Origin: Thermoanaerobaculia bacterium
GTDB taxonomy: Bacteria; Acidobacteriota; Thermoanaerobaculia; Multivoradales; UBA5704
Length of the DNA stretch: 64,000 bases
Direction: 5' to 3'
NCBI GenBank assembly: GCA_036264355.1
Contig: DATARD010000080.1
Location: 14,552-78,551, forward strand
This document shows, in pieces, positions 7,907-20,132 of the stretch; the stretch's first letter is position 1, and every line of letters begins with the position of its first letter. The notes under the pieces are model-generated. The model was not told the origin of the DNA. It was given only the letters and a program-made list of their open reading frames with translations, and searched no databases. Both the position numbers and the translations under genes were made by a program.

Positions 7907-8660
7907 ATGCCATCAGAAAAACGGGCCGAGGGTCCCGCGGGGGACACCTCGGCGGCACAATGAAGGGGAAGTTTCTCGCTGGGAGCGCTGGCTCCCTCTG
8001 TGCCGGGCTCGCGCATAGCGTCAGCAGAGAGTCCTCCTCCCGCCGCCACCAGCCCTGAAAGATCTTGCCGGTCTCCACGAGCCGTACCCGCAGCGGTTTC
8101 CATGGCTGCGAACCTTCCACACGCCAGTCTTCCAGATCCACCTCCACGCTCCGCGTATCCATCCGCAGACCGGTGCGCAGGGCTTTGAGGGCGCTCTCTT
8201 TGGCGCTCCAGAGGAGGTTGGCCAGGAGCGGACGTTCTGTGCTCGAAGCTTGAGTGACGAGATCTCTCTCCGCGGCGGTGAAATAGTCCGCCACGAAGGC
8301 GTCGGTCCGCGGTTCGATCAGCTCCAGGTCGCAGCCGAGGGTGGTTCCAAGCGGAGCGAGCATGCAGAGGGCGCGGCCGGCGCGGTGGCTGTAGGAGAGG
8401 GCGACGGGGGCGGCGCCGCCGTCGAGGAGCATTTCCGGGGCTCCGTCGGGGGCAGGGTGGATGGCGATGCGCTCGGGCGCGACCGACTGGCCGAGCCAGG
8501 CCGCCAGAGCTTTCTTGGCGGCCCAGCGGCCGAGACGCCAGTCGGCGCGGCGGTGGGGGATGTGGAGGGTCTGCTGGAAGGCGGCCTCGGACAGCGCGAG
8601 CCAGGTGTCGCCGTCCGGGACGTCGGTGGCTTCAGCGAGGAGGTAGCGAAGGTGGCTCAC
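7869..8660 (-). CDS. 4'-phosphopantetheinyl transferase, Sfp type
   Basis: 263 aa with a GTG start. Contains the WSAKESALKA motif ((W/F)xxKE(S/A)xxK) plus GCDLELI. The 3' end overlaps the hypF 3' end by 38 nt (convergent). Confidence 0.85.
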   Translation of the reverse strand: MSHLRYLLAEATDVPDGDTWLALSEAAFQQTLHIPHRRADWRLGRWAAKKALAAWLGQSVAPERIAIHPAPDGAPEMLLDGGAAPVALSYSHRAGRALCMLAPLGTTLGCDLELIEPRTDAFVADYFTAAERDLVTQASSTERPLLANLLWSAKESALKALRTGLRMDTRSVEVDLEDWRVEGSQPWKPLRVRLVETGKIFQGWWRREEDSLLTLCASPAQREPALPARNFPFIVPPRCPPRDPRPVFLMAFNETPPSPPAPG

Positions 8661-8859
8661 GCAACCGGAGTCTACCGCGGTTGCGATTCTTCCTGGCGCT
8701 CCCTCAACAAAATCGAACAGCCTGTGTCTATTAGATTAGACCGGATCGCTTTGAGCGGCCGGCAGAAACCGGAGAAGGGAGGAACCGGCGAGCCTAGAGA
8801 GCTGCCTCTGAACCCTACAAATCTGAAACTTGGAAAACTTCGAACATGATTACCAATCT

Positions 8860-8888
8860 TTGACATGCAGCACACGCAGGCATACGCT
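8860..8888 (+). promoter_or_regulatory. Candidate sigma70-type promoter for the two-gene module
   Basis: TTGACA (8860-8865), a 17-nt spacer, then TACGCT (8883-8888), which keeps T1, A2 and T6 of TATAAT. It would give a ~170-nt leader before the ATG at 9067. Sequence-only guess. Confidence 0.3.
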
Positions 8889-8938
8889 TTTCACACCTTT
8901 TCACGCTTCGAGCTCTTTGACCTCTTTGACTCTTGACA
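8887..8938 (+). promoter_or_regulatory. Clustered short direct repeats in the leader of the module (possible operator or iterated -35-like boxes)
   Basis: CTTTTCAC(A/G)C occurs twice in tandem (8887-8906). CTCTTTGAC occurs twice in tandem (8913-8930) and is followed by TCTTGACA (8931-8938), giving three TTGAC boxes at ~9-bp spacing. Confidence 0.5.
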
Positions 8939-9066
8939 TACCTTCGGAGGCAGCTCTTTGGGCCCGCCTCAGAGCGGGCTTCGCACCTCCTCGCCTCCGA
9001 CTCAAGGGACACGGGTTGCGCCAGCGGGTGCACTGGGACAGCCCCCATCGCACGAGGAAAACGCAC

Positions 9067-10332
9067 ATGCCATTCATAAGAAATTTCTGGCCGCAAAAGG
9101 GAAACTGCTTCGTCATGATGCCTATGGGTGTCCACAAGCGCGATGGGCAGGACTTCGACTGGGACGAGCACTATCGCGATGTCATTGAGGAAACAGTCAA
9201 AGGAGTTGGCATGACCCCTGTCCGTGCCGACGGAATCTACGGTGGCGGCATGCTCATCGAGAAATTGTGGCAGGGCATTCAAGAAGCCGAAGTGATCATC
9301 GCGGACCTAACGGGCCGGAACCCAAACGTTCTCTATGAAGTCGGACTGGCTCACGTCATCGGCAAGAGGATTCTTATCCTGACGATGAATACGGATGACG
9401 TTCCAGTCGACCTCGGGCAGTTCGCTCAGATTCAATATAAGGAAGGCAGGGGACTCCTGCAGCTTGCCCGCGACTTGGAGAGGCATCTCATCGCTGCACG
9501 CAAGGAGCCTCCGGCCGAGGCGATGCTCATGCCGCTCCGCGGAGCCGGCATCGAAGAGATCCCCGCCAAAGTCCTGTCCGTGATGGAGACATTCGCCATG
9601 GTCGAAGCCCGCGACGGTCGCAAGGGCTTCCTCAGCATTGAGGATTTCGCCTGGACTCGGAGACCAAGAGATCTCACGAGAGTTCTTCAACCAGGGAGAG
9701 AGGTCAAGGGTGCCTTTGTCGTCGATGCCAACGGTCAGCAGAAGTATTCGTTGGCATTTGGTGACAACCCGTGGCCCAAGCTCGAAAAGGACTTTCCTCT
9801 GGGGCACGTGTTTCGTGGCGAGGTCGTCAATGTCAAAGAGGGGATCGGTGCCTGGGTGAACATGAATTACGGAATCCAAGGGTTCATCCCTCAGAGTCAG
9901 CTTCCGAGAGATGTCATGACCGGGAGCGACGTCAAGGCCCGGGTCGTCGAGATCAATCAGGCGAAGCGCGAGGTGAGATTGCATTTCATCGAGAAACTTT
10001 CGGGAGAGTCAGGGAAAATCGACCCGACGTGGCCATTCCGCAGGGGGCAGATGTTTGAGGGCCGCGTCGACAAGATGGCCCCCGACCGAGGCTTTGCCTT
10101 GATCAGGGTCAGCCATGAGGAGAGACAGATCACCGGAATCCTTCCTCAGGTCAAGATGACTCCCATGCTCCGCGACCGCTTCGTCAATCAGGATCTGAGA
10201 GTTGGTGATCCTCTGATGGTCGAAGTCTTGGATGTCGACCCAGCCCGGCAACGGATTTCTTTCCGCGATCGGCCTTTCGGCGAGATCGTCATTCCTCAAC
10301 CTCAGGTCGACATGCTCCAACCTGCGCACTAA
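9067..10332 (+). CDS. Nucleoside 2-deoxyribosyltransferase/TIR-like Rossmannoid domain fused to three S1 RNA-binding domains (421 aa)
   Basis: ATG at 9067 is preceded by GAGGAAA. N-terminus: CFVMMPMG...YRDVIEETVKGVGMTPVRAD...AEVIIADLTGRNPNVLYEVGLAHVIGKRILIL, an NDT/Rcl-like pattern with candidate catalytic E91. S1 domains lie at ~165-232, ~246-307 (GHVFRGEVVNVKEGIGAWVNMNYGIQGFIPQSQL...VKARVVEINQAKREVRL) and ~326-401. Lower GC than the flanks. Confidence 0.85.
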   Translation: MPFIRNFWPQKGNCFVMMPMGVHKRDGQDFDWDEHYRDVIEETVKGVGMTPVRADGIYGGGMLIEKLWQGIQEAEVIIADLTGRNPNVLYEVGLAHVIGKRILILTMNTDDVPVDLGQFAQIQYKEGRGLLQLARDLERHLIAARKEPPAEAMLMPLRGAGIEEIPAKVLSVMETFAMVEARDGRKGFLSIEDFAWTRRPRDLTRVLQPGREVKGAFVVDANGQQKYSLAFGDNPWPKLEKDFPLGHVFRGEVVNVKEGIGAWVNMNYGIQGFIPQSQLPRDVMTGSDVKARVVEINQAKREVRLHFIEKLSGESGKIDPTWPFRRGQMFEGRVDKMAPDRGFALIRVSHEERQITGILPQVKMTPMLRDRFVNQDLRVGDPLMVEVLDVDPARQRISFRDRPFGEIVIPQPQVDMLQPAH

Positions 10333-10342
10333 GGAGAAAACC

Positions 10343-11794
10343 ATGGGTCAGTCACCTGTCGTAACAGTCGGCGCCAAGCGCACGATGGAGTACGTTTTGG
10401 GTTGCCTGTCGTTGTTCAACCGGGGCGCCGAGGAGCTGGACCTGGTCTCGGTAGGTGACTGCATCTCGAAAGCGGCCGAGGTCTACCGGATTCTCAGCAC
10501 GAGCTTCGGGACCAGCTTGGAGGCGGCGGACATCACTCCGCTCCACTCCGGCGAAGCGGTCTTTGCCCGCTCGTCGTTCCACCTTCGGCGTGCCGCCTCC
10601 GCCGGTGTCGATCTACAGCCCTGGTCGACCGGCGACAGTCAGTTCGTCAGCTTCCCGGTCTATCAACTTCTCCTCGATCACCTGCTGGCGACACAGGGGC
10701 AGATCGTGATCGGCGCTTCACAAGGGCGAAGCCTGCTTCGGATCACCTCCACGGACGGCGGCTTCGTGTGCCGCGGCGGCGAGGACCTCGACATCACGCT
10801 TGACGGAACACGCCAGGATGAAAAGAAAAAGAGTCCGCGCGAGTTGGTGACGGAGGCTATGGCTCGGACGGGCTTCCTGCTGTCGGACCGCTGGCGCGAG
10901 GTCGCTGGCCGGCTCGGGCAGTTCGACGACATCGTCCTTGGGCTGGACACCAACATCCTGTATGGCTGCGTCATTACGCAACAGATCCTCGACTCTCTGG
11001 TCTTCACCTGCCATTCCAATGCATCGCCCAACTGGATTCTCTTGGTGGTGCCCAGCACCGTCATGCACGAGCTCGAGCAGGCGGCCAACGGCCGCGATGA
11101 GAAGGGGGAGCTGAGCCTCAGCGGGAGAATGGGATACCGGGCCTTGCAGGAGATTCTCGAGCTCGACCTGGCCAAGGACATCCGAGGAGTCAGCTTGCTG
11201 ATCGCAGGCGAGACCGATCCGATCCTCGATGCTCGCGTCGAGCTGCGAGCGCTTCGCGGCGACGTCCAACGGACCGCGCCGCAGGGCACCCGTTTCCTGC
11301 CCAGGAATTCGTTTGGCGATACGCTGATCCGCGATCAGTTCAAGGGATTCCTTCGCCAGCTCAGCTACCACAAGGGTGCGTTTTTCCTCACGGCTGACAA
11401 GTCGAACAGCGCTCTCGGTCAGGCGGAGGGGCTGCATTCTCTCTATGTGCCGCCGCCGAATGGACGGAGAGCGATCAGCTCGGGAGTCGACCTGGCTCCC
11501 CCACCGGTCAGGTTCGACGAGCAGAACATCTCGATGAACGTGCCGATCGGAAAGATCGTCTACGAGATGGCAGTGCAGTTCGGATCGATCTTTCTGTCGG
11601 GGAACGGGACCTCGATCAAGGTGGGCTGTGACGCGCGCGGCGACTCCTTGGAGCACTGGCTCAAGAGGGAGCTGATCATCGATCAGCTAGATGTTCGGAA
11701 GTTGCTGGCGCACTACCCTCAGTCCGAACGAGTGTCCCTTGAGCAGGCGGAGGCTACCTGGGATACCGAAAACAAGATGGCCATGTCCTGGTAG
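10343..11794 (+). CDS. Alba-like domain fused to a PIN-domain nuclease (483 aa)
   Basis: ATG at 10343 lies 10 nt after the previous stop, with AAGGAG 6 nt upstream. Residues 5-55, PVVTVGAKRTMEYVLGCLSLFNRGAEELDLVSVGDCISKAAEVYRIL, track archaeal Alba (Sso10b) motif for motif. Residues ~195-370 are a PIN domain with the acidic set in LGLDTNIL, VVPSTVMHELEQ, FGDTLIRD and FLTADKSN, closest to the YlaK/PhoH-associated PIN type. Confidence 0.85.
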   Translation: MGQSPVVTVGAKRTMEYVLGCLSLFNRGAEELDLVSVGDCISKAAEVYRILSTSFGTSLEAADITPLHSGEAVFARSSFHLRRAASAGVDLQPWSTGDSQFVSFPVYQLLLDHLLATQGQIVIGASQGRSLLRITSTDGGFVCRGGEDLDITLDGTRQDEKKKSPRELVTEAMARTGFLLSDRWREVAGRLGQFDDIVLGLDTNILYGCVITQQILDSLVFTCHSNASPNWILLVVPSTVMHELEQAANGRDEKGELSLSGRMGYRALQEILELDLAKDIRGVSLLIAGETDPILDARVELRALRGDVQRTAPQGTRFLPRNSFGDTLIRDQFKGFLRQLSYHKGAFFLTADKSNSALGQAEGLHSLYVPPPNGRRAISSGVDLAPPPVRFDEQNISMNVPIGKIVYEMAVQFGSIFLSGNGTSIKVGCDARGDSLEHWLKRELIIDQLDVRKLLAHYPQSERVSLEQAEATWDTENKMAMSW

Positions 11795-11799
11795 GACCT

Positions 11800-11818
11800 A
11801 TGCGGATGGAGGGTTCGA

Positions 11819-11833
<15 letters not shown>
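11800..11833. terminator. Possible bidirectional hairpin between convergent genes
   Basis: ATGCGGATGGAG (11800-11811) pairs with CTCTACCCGCAT (11822-11833) at 10 of 12 positions around a 10-nt loop. It spans the ACC-like stop codon. There is no clear U-tract. Confidence 0.3.
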
Positions 11834-16774
<4,941 letters not shown>

Positions 16775-16803
16775 CCTTCCGGGCTCCAAGAGCCCTTGTA
16801 TGC

Positions 16804-17343
16804 TCACAAGGCTCCCATCGCGGCTTGCAGGGGCGCCAGCCGTTCGGGATCGATCCCTCCGGGCAGCTCGACGGTGCGGTAGCCGGTGAGAGTCACATAG
16901 AGGTTGCCCTCGTCGTCGACCACGTCGGCGTCCACCGCGCCGTCGTCCTCCCGGGTCCGGGCGACCGCGGTGAGCCGTCCGCCGTTCCCCGGGCGCAGCC
17001 GGCTGACCCGGTCGACGTGCAGCGGCAGGGCCATCTTGCCATGAGTCCCCAGCTCGCCGACGCCCGCGGTCTGGAAGCATAGCTCGATGAGCCGCGGCTC
17101 CATCAGCGTCGGCCTGTCCTGCGGCTGGTGGTCAGGCGGCAGCGCGTCCGCCATCCGTCCGGCGACGCCGTCGCCCGACCGCCAGGCGCTCTCCATCACC
17201 TGATAGGCCGGACCATGGAAGTAGATGCGGTAGATGTCCTCGGCGCCGACGCCCGGGGCATCGGGGTGCCGCCCCCCCGCGTAGTGTTGCGGGGGTGGGT
17301 CGGGAGCCGCGTTGCGGCAAGGATTTACGACGATTCGCGGCAT
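16804..17343 (-). CDS. Stand-alone hotdog protein resembling the C-terminal half of a PKS dehydratase (PS-DH) domain
   Basis: 179 aa from ATG 17343: IYRIYFHGPAYQV...PRLIELCFQTAG...LPLHVDRVSRL...VVDDEGNLYVTLTGYRTVEL. The FHGPxFQ-like and LxxxFQ motifs are typical of the second hotdog of PS-DH. It ends 30 nt upstream of the ACC-like start. Confidence 0.65.
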   Translation of the reverse strand: MPRIVVNPCRNAAPDPPPQHYAGGRHPDAPGVGAEDIYRIYFHGPAYQVMESAWRSGDGVAGRMADALPPDHQPQDRPTLMEPRLIELCFQTAGVGELGTHGKMALPLHVDRVSRLRPGNGGRLTAVARTREDDGAVDADVVDDEGNLYVTLTGYRTVELPGGIDPERLAPLQAAMGAL

Positions 17344-17347
17344 GCCG

Positions 17348-17765
17348 GACGTGGCGGTCGTGCAGGGTGGCGTCACGGTCGCACGCAGTGGCGTGGCGGT
17401 CGTGCGCACGACCGCGATGGCCGTGCGGGCGACTGTGACCGTCGAGCGCACGGCTCTGACAGCAGAGCGGACGACGGTGAGGGCCGCGCGCGCGGCAGTG
17501 ACAGTCGTGCGTGCGACAGTGACGGTCGTACGTGCGGCAGTGACAGTCGTGCGTACGACAGTGACGGTCGTGCGTGCGACAGTGACGGTCGTACGTGCGA
17601 CAGTGACGGTCGTACGTACGACAGTGACGGTCGGGCGTGCGACGGTGAGTGTCGTACGTGCGGAGTGAGTGTCGTGCGTGCGGCAGTGACGGTCGTGCGT
17701 GCGGCAGTGACGGTCGTGCGGAAGGCTGTGACAGTCGTGCGGAGCGGCATGACCGTCGCACCGGC
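17348..17765. repeat. Tandem repeat, ~20 units of 21 bp (consensus ACAGTGACGGTCGTGCGTGCG)
   Basis: The core units from 17495 are near-identical (gcagtgacagtcgtgcgtgcg, acagtgacggtcgtacgtgcg ...). Units from 17348 to 17494 are progressively degenerate but keep the phase. The array fills almost the whole divergent intergenic space. Confidence 0.9.
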
Positions 17766-17813
17766 GAGCGCCACCTCCTTGTATGCTGTTCTCCGTTGGG
17801 AAGGGAGGACGCC

Positions 17814-18128
17814 ATGCTGACTGAGGGGGTTCGACAAGAGATCCGTAGCCGGCTGGGCGCTGTTTTTCATGAGCGCCTCCGGGGAGTCCTCCTCTATGGC
17901 TCCGAGGCTCGGAACGAGGCCCAGGCGGGTAGCGACGTGGATCTCATGGTCTTGCTGGATGGGCCTGTCCGGCTCAGCCGGGATCTGGACACAATCGTGG
18001 AAGCGCTCTACCCGGTCCAACTCGAGATCGACGCTCCCATCCATGCCACACCGATCTCCGCGGAGACCTTCGAAGCGGGGGAGTGGGGTGTATACCGCAA
18101 CGCGCGGCGGGAAGGCGTCTTTCTGTGA
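17814..18128 (+). CDS. Minimal nucleotidyltransferase (MNT) antitoxin
   Basis: 104 aa with VLLYGSEARNEAQAGSDVDLMVLL (GS-x10-DxD NTase motif). SD GGGAGGA lies upstream. Confidence 0.85.
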   Translation: MLTEGVRQEIRSRLGAVFHERLRGVLLYGSEARNEAQAGSDVDLMVLLDGPVRLSRDLDTIVEALYPVQLEIDAPIHATPISAETFEAGEWGVYRNARREGVFL

Positions 18129-18514
18129 CGCCCGAGGTCTCCGACTACTGGCTCCGTGCGGTTCAGGCGCTTCGGACGTCGGAAGCCCTGGTGGAGGCAG
18201 ATCCGGACGCCTCAGCTTCGCGGGCCTACTACGCGGCGTTCTACGCGGTCTCGGCGCTGTTCGCCTTCCAGCAACAGAGTTTTACAAAGCATACGGCCGT
18301 GGAACAGGCCGTCCATCGCGATCTCGTCAAGCCGGGTCTCTGGCCTGTTGAAGCGGGGAGAGCTTTCTCCTGGCTTGCCAGCCTTCGGTATACCGGCGAC
18401 TATGGAGGGCGTGATCACGTGCTCCCCGACGACGCCAAGAGCGCGGTGGAGAGGGCACGCCTCGTCCTCGAAACGGTTCGGAAGACTGCTCCTGAAGCCC
18501 TGCTGGACCTTTGA
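18125..18514 (+). CDS. HEPN-domain toxin partner of MNT
   Basis: A GTG start overlaps the MNT stop (GTGA). Helical protein with AYYAAFYAVSALF and LASLRYTGDYG, HEPN-like. The MNT-then-HEPN gene order is the canonical one. Confidence 0.8.
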   Translation: MTPEVSDYWLRAVQALRTSEALVEADPDASASRAYYAAFYAVSALFAFQQQSFTKHTAVEQAVHRDLVKPGLWPVEAGRAFSWLASLRYTGDYGGRDHVLPDDAKSAVERARLVLETVRKTAPEALLDL

Positions 18515-18693
18515 TCTGAGGGCGAACCACACAGCCTGAGGCTCCGGCCTCGACCCGTTGCCCGGGAGCGATCACGGCTCCGGCGATCGGCTGGCTCTCC
18601 GGTCTGTCCTCCGCCAAGCGGCGACCGCCGCTTCGACGGCCGAGATTCTCGCCGCTCTTCGAAGTTGAGCGCTATTGCCGTCTGTGCGGCCAC

Positions 18694-18921
18694 TCAACGG
18701 AGACGAAGGTAGTCGTCGACCGAAAAACCCGCATCGCGAAGAATTTTTATGGCAAGCCCGCGGCCAACGTCGACAGCTCCGTGCACTGGAACGGTAACAG
18801 TCGTCTTGAGGATGGGATGCCGGAGAGTCAAATGGCTCCCACTCTGGCGATCGTCCTCAAATCCTTGAGCCCTCAGGAACCCCAGGAGCTCGCGAGCGGT
18901 CACCTGGGGCATCCGGCTCAT
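18694..18921 (-). CDS. hicA: HicA mRNA-interferase toxin
   Basis: 75 aa: TARELLGFLRAQGFEDDRQSGSHLTLRHP...VTVPVHGAVDVGRGLAIKILRDAG, a YcfA/HicA signature. Confidence 0.9.
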   Translation of the reverse strand: MSRMPQVTARELLGFLRAQGFEDDRQSGSHLTLRHPILKTTVTVPVHGAVDVGRGLAIKILRDAGFSVDDYLRLR

Positions 18922-19156
18922 CCCGGACCCCGACGGTCAGCTCTTCGACATGGACCAGATGCTCGTTCTGGGGGATCGGGTCGCCGTGCGCGATCAGAAC
19001 CTCGATGTGCTGCTGGATCGCAGTCCGGATGCTCAGCTTGGCCTCTTCAATGGTTTGGCCGTTCCCGAAACAGCCCGGCAGCGTCGGGCTGTATGCGTAG
19101 TAGCCCGGGTCCTCGGGCTCTTTCTCGATCACGATCTCGAAGTTGAAGAAGCGCAT
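18857..19156 (-). CDS. hicB: HicB antitoxin
   Basis: Starts at MRFFNFEIVIEKEPEDPGYYAYSPTLPGCFGNGQTIEEAKLSIRTAIQQHIEVLIAHGDPIP, with SD AAAGGAA upstream. It overlaps the hicA 5' end by 65 nt. Confidence 0.8.
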   Translation of the reverse strand: MRFFNFEIVIEKEPEDPGYYAYSPTLPGCFGNGQTIEEAKLSIRTAIQQHIEVLIAHGDPIPQNEHLVHVEELTVGVRDEPDAPGDRSRAPGVPEGSRI

Positions 19157-19211
19157 GGTGGTTCCTTTCGGGTTGGATTCTATCCCCTTTGGCGGGGAGC
19201 CGCCGCGAAAC

Positions 19212-20090
19212 CTACCCCGCAACCGCAATCAACAGAATCCCCCCACAGATCAGCACCGCTCCGGCGAGACGCTGCCGTCCCAGCGGCTCGTGGAGCCAGC
19301 GCCAGCCGGCGAGGGCCGCGAAGATGATGCTGACCTCGCGGATCGCTCCGGCGTAGCTCACCGGGGAGCGGGAGTAGGCGAAGAGGACGAGCCCGTAGGA
19401 GATCTGCATCAGCGCGCCGACGAGGAGGATGCGCGGCCAGTGGAGACGCCAGGTGGTGCGCAGGGTCTGGAGGCTGGAGCGGAAGAGGACGACCGGCATG
19501 ATCAGGGGCGCCGCCAACGCGAGGACGAGCGCGGTGTACGGAGCCGGCGCGGCGAATCGCACGGCGGCCCCGTCGATCACGGAGTACACGGAGACGATCA
19601 TCGCCACCGCCAGCGCCGCTGCGATTCCGGCCCACCGGCTTCCTTCTTTGGCTGCTTGTCTCCCCTCTTCCGGCGGAGGGTGAGGGCGCCCCGCCGCACC
19701 CACCACCAGAAGACCGAGGACCAGAATGCTCAGGCCGATCATGCCTCCCAGGCTTGGACGCTCGCCCAGCCACCAGACGGCCCAGAGTGCGAGCAACAGA
19801 GGCGCGGTGCCACGCGCGATGGGGTAGGCGAGCGAAAAATCAGCCAGGCGGTAGGCGGTGGCCAGAGCGGCAAAGTACAGCGCTTCACAGAAAGCGCTCG
19901 CGAGAGCGTACGGCCACAGGCGCGCCGGAAAAGGAAAGCCGAGAACGAGCACCGGCGTCGCCAGGAGCGCTCCCGCGAGCAGCGCCAACCCGGTGAAGGC
20001 CTGCTTGTCGGCCGCCTGCTTGACCAGCAGGTTCCAGCCCGCGTGGAGGAGCGCTGCCGCCAGAAGGACGAGGAGGGAGATCGGGGTCAC
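19212..20090 (-). CDS. EamA/DMT-family transporter
   Basis: 292 aa, about 10 TM helices. LLAAALLHAGWNLLVKQAAD plus a duplicated 5-TM architecture, typical of EamA. Confidence 0.85.
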   Translation of the reverse strand: MTPISLLVLLAAALLHAGWNLLVKQAADKQAFTGLALLAGALLATPVLVLGFPFPARLWPYALASAFCEALYFAALATAYRLADFSLAYPIARGTAPLLLALWAVWWLGERPSLGGMIGLSILVLGLLVVGAAGRPHPPPEEGRQAAKEGSRWAGIAAALAVAMIVSVYSVIDGAAVRFAAPAPYTALVLALAAPLIMPVVLFRSSLQTLRTTWRLHWPRILLVGALMQISYGLVLFAYSRSPVSYAGAIREVSIIFAALAGWRWLHEPLGRQRLAGAVLICGGILLIAVAG

Positions 20091-20132
20091 ACGGAGTACT
20101 CTATCCGCCGACGGCCCTCCTTTTGATTTTCC

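Noticed and set aside
8830-9066. 79-codon N-terminal extension of gene A (ORF track start at 8830); likewise 10232 for gene B
   Set aside because: The extensions have no domain content. Internal ATGs at 9067 and 10343 have good SDs (GAGGAAA, AAGGAG), and the conserved domains begin right after them.
16775-17080. Upstream 102 codons of the 1753-aa ORF as the true ACC N-terminus
   Set aside because: The segment is Arg-rich junk (RRRGGRRRGRRRG) and overlaps the better-supported hotdog ORF in another frame. MVDVKDG (ATG at 16774) is the likelier start.
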